From: Macrostomum lignano | Taxonomy: Eukaryota | Assembly: GCA_002269645.1 (NCBI GenBank) | Contig: NIVC01004642.1 | Span: 1 to 39,760 of the forward strand | Direction: 5' to 3' | DNA: 39,760 nucleotides | Part shown: positions 1-11,820 of the stretch, in pieces | Position numbering within the stretch: position 1 is the stretch's first letter | How the letters are laid out: every line of letters begins with the position of its first letter | The notes under the pieces: generated by a model | What the model saw: the letters and a program-made list of their open reading frames with translations, nothing else | What the model was told of the DNA's origin: nothing | The model's database searches: none | Translations under genes and position numbers: made by a program

Positions 1-1278
1 AGCATTAGCTCAATAGCTCAATATTATCGGATATCTGAAGCAAAGCCTTATAAGGTGCTTTTGTAATTGATTTCTATTATTTCCATTGTTGATCATTATC
101 ATTATAAAGTTTTGTTTTTTATAAGTAAATTTTGTAATAAAATGTTCGTATTTCGCTACTTAAAGTGGTATGTTGTGGGTTTCTAGTAATTAAATTTAGA
201 TTTTGTCCCAGTAAAAAGCTGGTTGAAAATTAAGTTGACAATAAATTTAAGTGTGACTCTTAAATTACAAATGCTTTACGACGTGCATATGGCTTTGGCA
301 GTGTTTAGGTAGGACTTTAAGCATCACAAATTAAAATTTAATTGCATTATATCGCACGGAACAGGCCCCAGACTCGTCTCGTAGCTTTCTAGGTAGGTTT
401 CGTTAGGCGAGATATCGATTTTTAACCTTAACCCACAGGCACGTCTCACCCCTTCCGGCCACCACCCCGTTCCTTGTAGACTTTAAACAAGTTTTATTGC
501 TATTTAGCCGGCAGGGTAGGAGTAATTTGGTCAGCTTTTTTATCAGCAATCAGCACCACTGCACCAACCCACTCCGCCCCTCCTTTCTGTCTTGCCCCAC
601 CCCCTAACGGCTAACTTTATTTCTTTGGCCTAAGCGGAATTTAGCTTTTCCTTATTGGATTGGTTGGCCGTTTGGAGACTGAAGTTTATCGATTGTTTTT
701 TAAACAGCGCTCCGATGCCCTGGTTTTTTGTCCGCTATGTCTTGTTTCACCCAAGTTTAACGCTTTCAGCTTTGCTTGGTAAATGCCTGAATGCGCAAAT
801 TGCAAGTCTGTTGCGTACTTTTATAAAGTCACAATTGACTTTCATATTTTGAGTGCATCGTTGTTCCGAGTCAGTCATTTATTGCCTATATGCATGTATT
901 ATTGATGGAATGCAATGGAATTTATAATACAGAATGGTGCATAAGTAGCCGAACCCAAATCCTATATAACTGAAAATGTAAAACTTAAAAACTAACAAGT
1001 TTTGTTAACAATACATAAAAGAAATAATGATAGATTAAAAAATTAATGCATACGAGCGTATTTTTGTGTTTATAATTGTGTTCGGCTACTTATGAACCAA
1101 CCTACACAAAATTAGCGCAATCATTTTGACTGGCTGTTGTTACCAAATCGACTGCAACAACTGTGTTCTATGGAATACACTCTTTGCAAAAAATGCCTCT
1201 CGTATTCTTGTAATTTTTTATGAATTTAACATATTGTTATTAATTTCCCCTCGTGTCGTTTTGTTCATTAATTATCAG

Positions 1279-1522
1279 GTCTTTTCGAATCGATCAATGA
1301 TTGCATATGCTTATTAGTTTTGTCTCTTCGGTAAGTTGCATCCAATCTGAACAGTGGTTGTCATACAGAAAATATAAGCTACTGGTTAATTAAACTCTCA
1401 GTTCACCTCCGCTCCGTCTATTGCGGAGTATATCCTGTGGGTCAATTATGAGACTGAACAGCCAAGACGGCTGTTGTTGTAAGAATGATTGACATGATCT
1501 TGGGTTTTTTATATTTCAGAGT
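1279..1522 (+). other. Possible chain of three small spliced exons (1279-1330, 1402-1478, 1520-), product unknown
   Basis: Good splice sites: ttatcag|G at 1278, CG|gtaagt at 1331, ctctcag at 1401, TT|gtaaga at 1479, atttcag at 1519. Only one phase combination stays open: ...LFESINDCICLLVLSLRSPPLRLLRSISCGSIMRLNSQDGCC*. No recognisable homology. Confidence 0.2.
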
Positions 1523-2259
1523 TATACTAGCTGCATAGATAATGCTTGCTGTTATTTCTAAGTTGATAATTTTAATAACTGCCTTGTTTGATTTATTTTG
1601 TCATTGCTGCAGTGTTTTCCTTTTCTGTCATTCGATTTTTTTGTATTTTGTGACTTCTAAGTGGCGCAGTTTTGTACTAGTTTGGTGTTTTTACCATTGG
1701 GCGATTCTGTGCCTTTCATTGGTCATAAATCATATTTATTCGGCTATATTACACCTATATGACTATGCACTCTTTGTTTAAGCTTTTGCCTGCTTAAAAC
1801 AATCTAATTTGTTTATTCTAAATGATTTAAGATTATTTTTTAAGTTAATAATTGTTAGCTTTTAAGTGGAATCTCTAGAGCATAGGTGTAAAAATAACGT
1901 ATAGAAACTCTGGATTCGAAATCTACTGATATAATCTCGTATGGAACCCTTGCAGTGGGTTGCAATCTAGACGGCGGTTTAAAAATACGCACTAGTAATC
2001 TTCGCGCAAAGAAAGGAATCACATTTTTTATCAATAAATCAAAAAATCACATGCAGCTTTTGACCTTGTATAGTTACTAAGTTTCCTAAGAAAAATGATG
2101 TTTAAAGCATGAAAACATCAGACCTCAAAGCCAGCTGGCTAGCCTAAGATATCATCAAAACTTCCCTTTAAAGCCATGGCTTAACCCTAAACCTCACTCC
2201 CCCCCTTGATGCTTGGACTACCAACAACCTCCAATTAATCCTTTGCAACTCAGTAACCC

Positions 2260-3400
2260 ATGAGTCACAGAATTTCAGCGATTTCCCCGTGAGCCTCGAC
2301 ATCTCACCAATTCCCCCATGAGCCTCGACATCTCACCAATTCCCCCATGAGCCTTGACATCTCACCAATTCCCCCATGAGCCTTGACATCTCACCAATTC
2401 CCCATGAGCCTTGACATCTCACCAATTCCCCCATGAGCCTTGACATCTCACCAATTCCCCCATGAGCCTTGACATCTCACCAATTCCCCATGAGCCTTGA
2501 CATCTCACCAATTCCCCATGAGCCTTGACATCTCAGCAGTTCCCCATGAGCCTTGACATCTTGACATCTCACCAATTCCCCCATGAGCCTTGACATCTCA
2601 CCAATTCCCCATGAGCCTTGACATCTCACCAATTCCCCCATGAGCCTTGACATCTCACCAATTCCCCCATGAGCCTTGACATCTCACCAATTCCCCATGA
2701 GCCTTGACATCTCACCAATTCCCCCATGAGCCTTGACATCTCACCAATTCCCCATGAGCCTTGACATCTCACCAATTCCCCCATGAGCCTTGACATCTCA
2801 CCAATTCCCCCATGAGCCTTGACATCTCACCAATTCCCCCATGAGCCTTGAAATCTCACCAATTCCCCCATGAGCCTTGACATCTCACCAATTCCCCCAT
2901 GAGCCTTGAAATCTCACCAATTCCCCCATGAGCCTTGAAATCTCACCAATTCCCCCATGAGCCTTGACATCTCACCAATTCCCCATGAGCCTTGACATCT
3001 CACCAATTCCCCCATGAGCCTTGACATCTCACCAATTCCCCCATGAGCCTTGACATCTCACCAATTCCCCCATGAGCCTTGAAATCTCACCAATTCCCCC
3101 ATGAGCCTTGAAATCTCAGCAATTCCCCCATGAGCCTTGACATCTCACCAATTCCCCCATGAGCCTTGAAATCTCACCAATTCCCCCATGAGCCTTGAAA
3201 TCTCAGCAATTCCCCCATGAGCCTTGAAATCTCACCAATTCCCCATGAGCCTTGACATCTCACCAATTCCCCCATGAGCCTTGAAATCTCACCAATTCCC
3301 CATGAGCCTTGACATCTCACCTCAGCAATTTCCCCATGAGCCTTGACATCTCACCTCAGCAATTTCCCCGTGAGCCTTGACATCTCACCAATTCCTCCAT
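2260..3400. repeat. 28-29 bp minisatellite (CCCCCATGAGCCTTGACATCTCACCAATT), roughly 38 copies
   Basis: Direct tandem repetition, with C4/C5 and GAC/GAA variants and degenerate ends. Confidence 0.97.
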
Positions 3401-4439
3401 TAACCTCGCTTATAAAAGAGATTTAGGGGACAAAAATGCAACATGGCATATTCATGTATTAATTAATAGCTCACCGATGTTTATGTATGTACCGGGTACA
3501 TTTTACCCCTGCATGTATATAGAAATGAAAACTTCTCCGACAAAAAATGAATTTGATATGCAGTCACCCACCGGAACGTAATAAGACTTACTAAGCACGG
3601 AGGGGCAAAATGCAATGCAGACAAAATCTGCCGTGTCTAAAAGCTTGAACGATCTTCCAAGATCGAAGCGGTTTATTGAAGGTTGATTGAGTTCTAATTT
3701 CTTTTTCCTTTTCTCAAGTCAAGTCTGCTTTGCTTGGTTGAAAAGACTTTTATATAAGTTATTTTTCATGATAAAAATTCGAACCCAGGTCGTTGCATTA
3801 GCAGTTCAGCCTGTTTGCACCTAGTCTATAGCTTTCATGAAATTTGAAGTATTTTTAGCCATTAATGATGAAACTATACGCTCGTACAAGTAGCACTCTT
3901 ATATGTGGAGTTACAAACTTGGGTCTTTATAGCTTCGAAAATTCATACTGATTATAGAATCACGAAAAAACGCAAGGACGTGCTTTTCTCTGGTGCACTG
4001 GCATGTATAAGTAAGGATTCCTCAATTGGATTTATCAAGCTCAAGTTATTCACACTTGGTCTGGTTGAGCTCAAAACTACATTGAATGGAACTTTTTGCA
4101 GCTTCGACGCGTAGAAGCCGGTCTGTGTCGATTCTTAGCTCTTACTCGTAGCTATAGGGCTGCCTTCGATCTCTTCTCTCCCCATTGAAAACACCAGCTT
4201 AATATAGCTTTTGTTACATTTACATATCGTTTTAAATTAACAAGTAACAATGCATCTCTACCGATTGTTGCTTTCTTTACAGGAAGCAGATTCCTGTCTG
4301 AATCGACGCGGGATCAGAGCTTTCAGTCATGGCAAGTTTGTAAAAAATTGCTAAAACTATTTTCAGTATGGCTAAATATATCGTATCTATCGCATCCGAT
4401 AGGCATTGTGGGATTTTTTGTTTGGTATCAACCTTAAAT

Positions 4440-4580
4440 TCAGGAGGGTTGTAGCCGGACTCGCGACTGAAAGGTTAGAGGTTCGATTTTCGTCCCACTC
4501 GGAACACTGTTTGTGTCCTTGAGCAAGACAGCATGTATTATGTTCACCTGGCTGTAAAATGGGTACCACATTTACCTGAG
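4440..4580 (+). mobile_element. Degenerate tRNA-derived SINE fragment with a CORE-like segment
   Basis: B-box-like GGTTCGATT at about 4490, followed by TGTGTCCTTGAGCAAGACA...CTGTAAAATGGGTACC, which resembles the CORE/MIR central domain. The A box is unclear. Confidence 0.45.
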
Positions 4581-5820
4581 GTAATTGAGGGTGTTTGACA
4601 GGGCTTTTAGTGACTTCCTGTAATTTTTAGGTTAAAGTCCTGTCATGACATGCAAATATACAGTCCTATAGTGAAACTAACTGACATCATTAATTAATAT
4701 TAGGGAATCCCAGAGAGTGCTTGAGTTTTTGGTTTACCTTACAAATTCTTACTATCTTATGCAGCAAATCGCAAAATATCTGTCTCTCGAATAGTTGACA
4801 GATACACGTACGAGTACAAGTCTTGACAAGTTTTGAATGTTGCGCGAAGTGCATATAAACGTAGACTCCTGGCTATATACCTAAATGAATCATTTACTTT
4901 TAAGGTTCAGTGGATGAACGGTAATCTTAAGCGTAGTGCAGAAGCACTGTCGTAATTTAATATGTGGTGTAAATATGAGTAGCTTATATAATCAATTATT
5001 GTCTCGTGACTTGCTTACTATATATGTACCTATGTGCGTTCATGTACATAGTAGAGGATTGAAATCCGACTCTACAGCTTTTAGAAGGCTTAAAAAAGCA
5101 AGCTTTTAAAAAATCCGATGCATGGATGCATACAAAAAAAGCTGGGGATAAGGATATACTGCCTATACCATATGCCTGTGCTGTAAGTCATGGTTGGCAG
5201 GCCGCCCGTGCAGATGGAACGTTCTGGTTGAACTGCCAGAGTTATTGCGATAATGGAGTTGGGACTCTGGAGTGTAAACTGCTTTGCGCTTCAACAAATG
5301 ATTTTGCTTGAGTCTATGATTGTTTGCTTCTCAAGCTTTGGGTATAGATATGCTATACTCGTACAGATGCAGCCATGATTATGCCTGCTGCTTCGCAAAA
5401 TAATATAGACATTTAATGCAACAGGTACATGTATGATTTTTTAGACCAAGTCAGTCTCTGACATCTTAGTGACTTTCAGGACTAAATTGCAGGATTCCAG
5501 TACACGTGCCATCGCACTTTTTATGATACAATACTTTTGCCTTTTGAGGTTTCAAAACAATTCCGACATATTAAAGATTGCAGACAGCGTGAAAAAAAGC
5601 AAGCCAGCTTCTGCCTTCCCTCGCCGGGAAATTTGTCGAGCGATGTACAAGTACTGTACAAGTAGATGGTTGAAAGAAACCGTAGCGCGAATTCAACAAA
5701 CTGAGATTAAAGCTAGAGATTAAAATTTTGTTTTGTAGAGATAAAGTTAATGAAGTTTTCTGTTGGCTTTCTCTGCCTTTTCAAAATGCTAACGCTGATG
5801 ATTAACTTTTTCTTAAATAA

Positions 5821-5866
5821 AATAAACCTAAAGATGCTCCACCGAGGGCGAAACGCGTCGTTTACT
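5821..5866 (+). ncRNA. Minimal type I hammerhead ribozyme fold (Penelope-associated type) with a core substitution, CUGA to CUAA
   Basis: Stem I TAAAC(5823-27)/GTTTA(5860-64); core CTAAAGA (5828-34); stem II GCTC-CACCGA-GGGC with one G-U pair; GAAA (5850-53); short stem III with palindromic GAAACGCGTC ending in the GUC cleavage triplet (5857-59). Confidence 0.6.
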
Positions 5867-6756
5867 TATAAAAAATCTTGGTAAATTGACGAAGGAAATT
5901 TCTTTTTCTGCATATCGAGATTAGCGAGAAACTCTATTTAACAATTCGTTTTCAAATTCCTTGGCCAACTTCGTCCTCGTGCTCAACGCGCGCTGACAGG
6001 CAGATCACGGAACCTCTCGTCTTCTTCGACGACTTGCTTACCAACCGAAGTTTCCAACTACGAACTGCGACATCGTAGCGCAGTCGATCGGACGTTGTTT
6101 TGACGCGGTGGTCGAGATCTTCCTGCTGGATAAATTCAAGATCGGGCTGTTTATGCATCAGCCCTGGGCCATCCTTAAAACCACCCACAGACTATCTTGG
6201 GAATCGTAACAAAAACCAAATGCATGACGTGTCGATTTGTCAAGAAAACTCTCGAGAATCGTCTTTAAACGATTCTGAGATCGCCTGTTGTACCGTCGTT
6301 TATCAGCGCCCTGAAACCTTAACGCGGTTAGGCGACCAACCGTCGACTGCCTGCTTGCTGACCCCATTCTGCCAGCATATGCACGTGCACGGCCGTGCAC
6401 GGCCCTCTTTGAACCTTTTGCATGGCTACGCCACTGCGCTCAAGCTGTGAAACGCGCCCTGTGACGCTGATTTATGATCCGAACAGCAAATTTCGCGATA
6501 TTGTTAAACTATGAACATCATTTGAAAAAGTTCATTCAGAGTGCCTCCTTAAACCGCACGCAAACAGCCTGTATAGGTGGATCGGGACTGACTTGATGTA
6601 CTGTATATTTTCGACCAAAATTGAGTTCAAGATGAGGAGCCCTCATTCGGGGGTTGTTGCAGCGTTGTAAGGTTTTTTATCGGTCCATTTCATCTCAAAG
6701 ATCTCCACAGATAATATATTAGTGGCTATGCAGGATGCGACTGACATATCGACAAT

Positions 6757-6974
6757 TCAGCCAATCGGACAGGAGAACCGGCCGAGGCGACACCGCTTGA
6801 CAACCGTTGCTAGGTCCGAGTCGTGGCCCGCCGCAGCAGTCGCCGCCGCTTCGGTCGCCTCTCGCAGCTCCTTGGCCAGTCGTCGGGCAAGCCGGAGCAG
6901 TCGCAAATCGTGGCGCCTGGTGGCCGGCAACATTTCCAGCGTGTCGCGGCGGGACTCGCTCGGACCAAGTCGGT
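6757..6974 (-). CDS. Prepropeptide exon 2 (propeptide plus KR-CRLGRFSCPIG)
   Basis: Acceptor cctgagcag at 6975; 218 nt = 2 + 72 codons to TGA. The predicted mature peptide is encoded at 6760-6792. Confidence 0.72.
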
Positions 6975-7471
6975 CTGCTCAGGTTGAGATGGCAATTGGG
7001 GATAATGGAGATAATGATGGAACAAAGTTTGCAGCTTGCTGGCAGTGGATAATCTTCCGTTAGAAATGATTTTAAAAGCAAAAAATATTGCTTTCTTCCT
7101 TGTCTCAGTGTCCAGTGCACAATGCCCTAGTATGCATTATGTGTCCAAGTCATCCAGTGCTTTGGTGTCAGTTGTGTCCACCCCAGTTCATGTGTCTTTG
7201 TGTCTGCCTGTCTGTATGTAAAATTTCTATAATTTTCATTATTAATCTAATCCTCTTGTTTTCAACTGTCATCTAGGACGCTCTCCCTCTATTGTCATTA
7301 TTTGCAATTGTACTTTCCTAATCCCTCTAAGCCCCTGTTGTTACCCTTGCTCCTCGATCGCTCCTCCAGCCAGTCGGCCAAATCGACGCCGCCGTTGTCC
7401 AAACGCGCCAGCGCGACAGTCAGCATGGCTAAAGCGACGGTTGCCATGACAACCCCGGTGCGCGGCTGCAT
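6757..7471 (-). CDS. Two-exon secreted prepropeptide, 114 aa; candidate cyclic neuropeptide precursor (exons 7471-7345 and 6974-6757)
   Basis: Spliced translation: MQPRTGVVMATVALAMLTVALA RLDNGGVDLADWLEERSRSK-D-RLGPSESRRDTLEMLPATRRHDLRLLRLARRLAKELREATEAAATAAAGHDSDLATVV KR CRLGRFSCPIG*. Hydrophobic signal peptide ending A-L-A, phase-1 GT-AG intron of 370 nt with matching phases, GC-rich exons, dibasic site and terminal Gly. Confidence 0.75.
7345..7471 (-). CDS. Prepropeptide exon 1 (signal peptide)
   Basis: ATG at 7471; donor AAGG|gtaac at 7344; upstream acceptor ctacag at 7509 and a CCAAT box (minus strand) at 7660-7664. Confidence 0.75.
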
Positions 7472-7789
7472 GTTGCTGTTCGTTGTTTAAAAATAATATT
7501 GGGCTGAACTGTAGCTCCTGATTCTCCAGTTGTCAGTGTCAATCCTTTGCTAACTCCCTAGGTATCTCTCTCTCCTTTTGCAAAAGGCGAATTGCGAATT
7601 TGGCAGCTCAGTTTCATTCTCCTGTTTCCGGACTTGTCCCTAACTCTTCGGACATTCCGATTGGCTGCTTTGAGTATTCCGAGTTAACGACTCTTCCCTA
7701 GTTGGTTGCTGAGAGCTCAGTGTTATTCTGCTCCGCTTCTGAGCGACAGCTACTCAATACGCCAAGGTTTTTTCATATTTCAATATTCT

Positions 7790-8443
7790 TCCCACTGTGA
7801 CTTCCCTTCACTCCTCATTGTGACTTCCCTTCACTCCCACTGTGACTTTCCTTCACTCCTCATTGTGACTTCCCTTCTTCACTCCTCATTGTGACTTCCC
7901 TTCACTCCTCATTGCGACTTCCCTTCACACCTTATTGTGACTTTCCTTCACTCCTTATTGTGACTTTCCATCACTCCTCATTGTGACTTTCCTTCACTCC
8001 CACTGTGACTTTCCTTCACTCCCCACTGTGACTTCCCTTCACTCCCCACTGTGACTTCCCTTCACTCCTCATTGTGACTTCCCTTCACTCCCACTGTGAC
8101 TTTCCTTCACTCCTCATTGTGACTTCCCTTCTTCACTCCTCATTGTGACTTCCCTTCACTCCTCATTGCGACTTCCCTTCACACCTTATTGTGACTTTCC
8201 TTCACTCCTTATTGTGACTTTCCATCACTCCTCATTGTGACTTTCCTTCACTCCCACTGTGACTTTCCTTCACTCCCCACTGTGACTTCCCTTCACTCCC
8301 CAGTGTGACTTCACTTCACTCCTCATTGTGACTTCCCTTCACTCCCCACTGTGACTTCCCTTCACTCCCCACTGTGACTTCCCTTCACTCCCCACTGTGA
8401 CTTCCCTTCACTCCCCACTGTGACTTCCCTTCACTCCCCATTG
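7790..8443. repeat. 22-23 bp minisatellite (CTCATTGTGACTTCCCTTCACTC / CCCACTGTGACTTCCCTTCACTC) with a 254-bp higher-order duplication
   Basis: Tandem units. The rare variant ATTGCGACTT recurs at 7911 and 8165 with the same neighbouring variants. Confidence 0.95.
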
Positions 8444-8895
8444 TTCAGTATTGGAGTAAATTAATAAAAGTCGAAAAGATCTAAATGAGTTAATCGATAT
8501 TTAACGGCGAAGCGATGTACTTACTTTCATATTGGCGAATTCGATTTGCTAAACACAAGCCTGCTGTTGTTGTCAAAAACGAATGAGATCAAAGTCTAAG
8601 AATGCGACGAGATTCTTATATGTAATTACATGCATAACCTCGTCTAAACTGCCGATAGGGAATGCATAGATGGCTAAGCGGTATATAGCTTGAGATTAAA
8701 GCTGGTGATTAAGGGTCCGTTGATGATGGCCACCGCTGATCAAAGTGATCATTGCTCGCCTTGGGTCCTGACTGTTCTTGTGAGATAAGTGTGTCTTATA
8801 AGAAATTATAAACTAGATAATACCATAATTAAGGTGGAAGATCGCCAAAAAAGTTCCTCAATTCTGGGCAAATTTTCGAGTCCATAAAGTACAGT

Positions 8896-9294
<399 letters not shown>

Positions 9295-9961
9295 GAAGAG
9301 ACACAAATTCTGCAGGCAGATTTTTCATCTGGGGTTTCATAAACCGCAGAGCCACAGCACGCATACTCAATAACAAAAATGTAACATAATCAGGCCGGCA
9401 GGTACACAATCAGGCTGATGAATGCCCTCATTTCCGTGGCCTTCTCAATTCTCACTAGAGCACTTTATTTCCAAAGAAATCAGTGATTTGCTCAAATTGC
9501 AACGGAGTCCTTAAAGCATATTAGAATTGCTTGCAGAAAGGATACACGAGCCATTCCAACGGCTCCAACGATTATCACAAGCTATTAACATTAAGCATCA
9601 CGTGACCAACGCAAACGATTTTGGACAATGAACACACACACACACACACACAAAATTCCAAATTTCGTAGACTTAATTTCCCCATGAAAAGCCAACTGCA
9701 TGCACTGCTTCTGTGTGTCTGCGTGTCTGTGTGGCAGCACGCTGCTGCAGCAAAAAAATTAATCCCAAACACCTCCCTTCAAATGGCTCTGAAGCATCTC
9801 CTGACAACTGAATCATGTCGGGCAGAAAGGCACCGGGCCCATTAGTGAAATTAGAAAACACAGCTAGCTAGCAATAAATGCAGACTGGCTGCCACAGAGG
9901 GAGCTGCTATAAGACTCCCTTTCTTGCTGCTTCAAGCTTGACAGAATTTCAAGTGTTTTAC

Positions 9962-10081
9962 CCCTTTGTCTGTCCTTCGTCTCTTCAACCCAGCCATCGC
10001 TATGCATGAGCTGCATGAATAAATCATGGGCCGGAGAACCGGTATTGCCGTGCATGCAAAAATCCTTGCCTCCCAGATGCA
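9962..10081 (-). other. Candidate isolated coding exon, 120 nt, phase 1-1 (VHLGGKDFCMHGNTGSPAHDLFMQLMHSDGWVEETKDRQR)
   Basis: Acceptor tatttctcag at 10082, donor AGGG|gtaaaa at 9961, length a multiple of 3. No family recognised. Confidence 0.3.
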
Positions 10082-10242
10082 CTGAGAAATATAGGCGAGA
10101 GCTTAGAGCGATTTCAATGCCTTCTTGTCTGAACGCATTTTCCATTGGCGTGCAGAAAATTAAAATTAATTTGAAGCAAAATGTACGTAGATTGCTGTGC
10201 ATGTTTTCTCAACTATTCAGTTGCTAATATCATCAGGGAAGG

Positions 10243-10665
10243 AATAGAATGGATTGCTAATCTAACCAATAGGTAGATGAATAAATAGAATGGATTGCTA
10301 ATCTAACCAATAGGTAGATGAATAAATAGAATGGATTGCTAATCTAACCAATAGGTAGATGAATAAATAGAATGGATTGCTAATCTAACCAATAGGTAGA
10401 TGAATAAATAGAATGGATTGCTAATCTAACCAATAGGTAGATGAATAAATAGAATGGATTGCTAATCTAACCAATAGGTAGATGAATAAATAGAATGGAT
10501 TGCTAATCTAACCAATAGGTAGATGAATAAATAGAATGGATTGCTAATCTAACCAATAGGTAGATGAATAAATAGAATGAATTGCTAATCTAACCAATAG
10601 GTAGATGAATAAATAGAATGGATTGCTAATCTATCCAATAGGTTATTGAATAGAATGGATTGCTA
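10243..10665. repeat. 41-bp minisatellite (AATAGAATGGATTGCTAATCTAACCAATAGGTAGATGAATA), about 10 copies
   Basis: Unit starts at 10243, 10284 and onward; nearly identical copies with no spacers. Confidence 0.97.
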
Positions 10666-11820
10666 CTCTCTCTAAGGGATCAATGAATGAAATGGATGGC
10701 TAACTCAGCCTAATCCCTAAACACTGGGAATTAGAAATTAGCTATTATTATCAGTCTGATCAACAAGATCAGCTAGTCTTTGACACTTACAAAAGTACAC
10801 CATAGATAATCCAATGCCTATCTCATCTCTTTATATATGCGCATTTTTTATTATTGCAACTGCCTATCCAATTTCCTTTGTCGAGCACAAATTCGCTCCC
10901 CTGACAGACAGAGTCGTCACAGTTCCGGCCCAGGTGGTCAACTGCCGAACTAAAAAACACTGCTTGGAGAATATATTTTCCTCATTTGCGGAGAAGCGAA
11001 CTAACAGAGAGAGATAGAAATAAGCCAGAGACTAAGTCGACCTGATATAGAGACAGAGAGAGACGGCGGTCCTCTTTGGCGCAGCATGGCAAAGAGGAAG
11101 GCTGACAGTCAATAGAGATGAGGTCGTGCAAGGCGTTCTTATCCAATTATTTATGACCGAATTATATTCGTTGTATGATAGCTGCAGAGGACAGGTGAGG
11201 CGGTGAGCTGTTTTACAGCAGGTGAAGCTGATTGCTTGTACCTCGTATTATCAGTTCAAGGTCTCTGTTAAAGCACTAATAATACACGTGCTAAACGCAT
11301 GCTAAGCGCGTCTTAAACACATGCTAAAAATTAATTCGTAACAAAGACTTTCTGATTTAGGTCAATAGCTAAGACGATAAATGAGATGATATGGAAGGAG
11401 AGAGGAGATGAGAGAGAAGAGGGAGAGGAGAGAAGAGACCATAGAAGAGAGAAGAGGGAGAGGAGAGAAGAGAGAGCTGAGAGAGAGACACAAACCATGA
11501 GCGCGCCGGATGGCTATTGTGAAGTTTCCAAGGACTCTCAGGCCGGACAGAGAGTTCTTGCCGGCCAGAGTTGCCGACCCCTGTTTTGTACATGCAGATC
11601 AATCTCCAATCAGACGCATACCATGCAGTTTTATATGGATATTGGAAGCACTGTGGGTGAGATGCTGGCAGTCTAGTGCTAGTCTCGATATAACGGTGAC
11701 TTCTATTTGTAGTTCATTCATTTTTTTCATATATTATTTAGTTCATCGATTCTCCAAAGTGGAATTATTGTTTTTTACTTAATTTTTCATCAATCAACTG
11801 TATTTCCACAACATAAAACA

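Noticed and set aside
1-450. Mitochondrial insertion or retroelement ORF in the AT-rich left end
   Set aside because: No recognisable rRNA, tRNA or protein motif in any frame.
5952-6450. Independent gene from the overlapping 78-116 aa ORFs
   Set aside because: No consistent frame, splice pattern or motif; kept only as possible decayed-element sequence beside the hammerhead.
6760-6792. Calling the peptide an RFamide, or a canonical oxytocin/vasopressin
   Set aside because: The RF is internal and not followed by Gly; ring size, position and lack of neurophysin differ from the canonical precursor.
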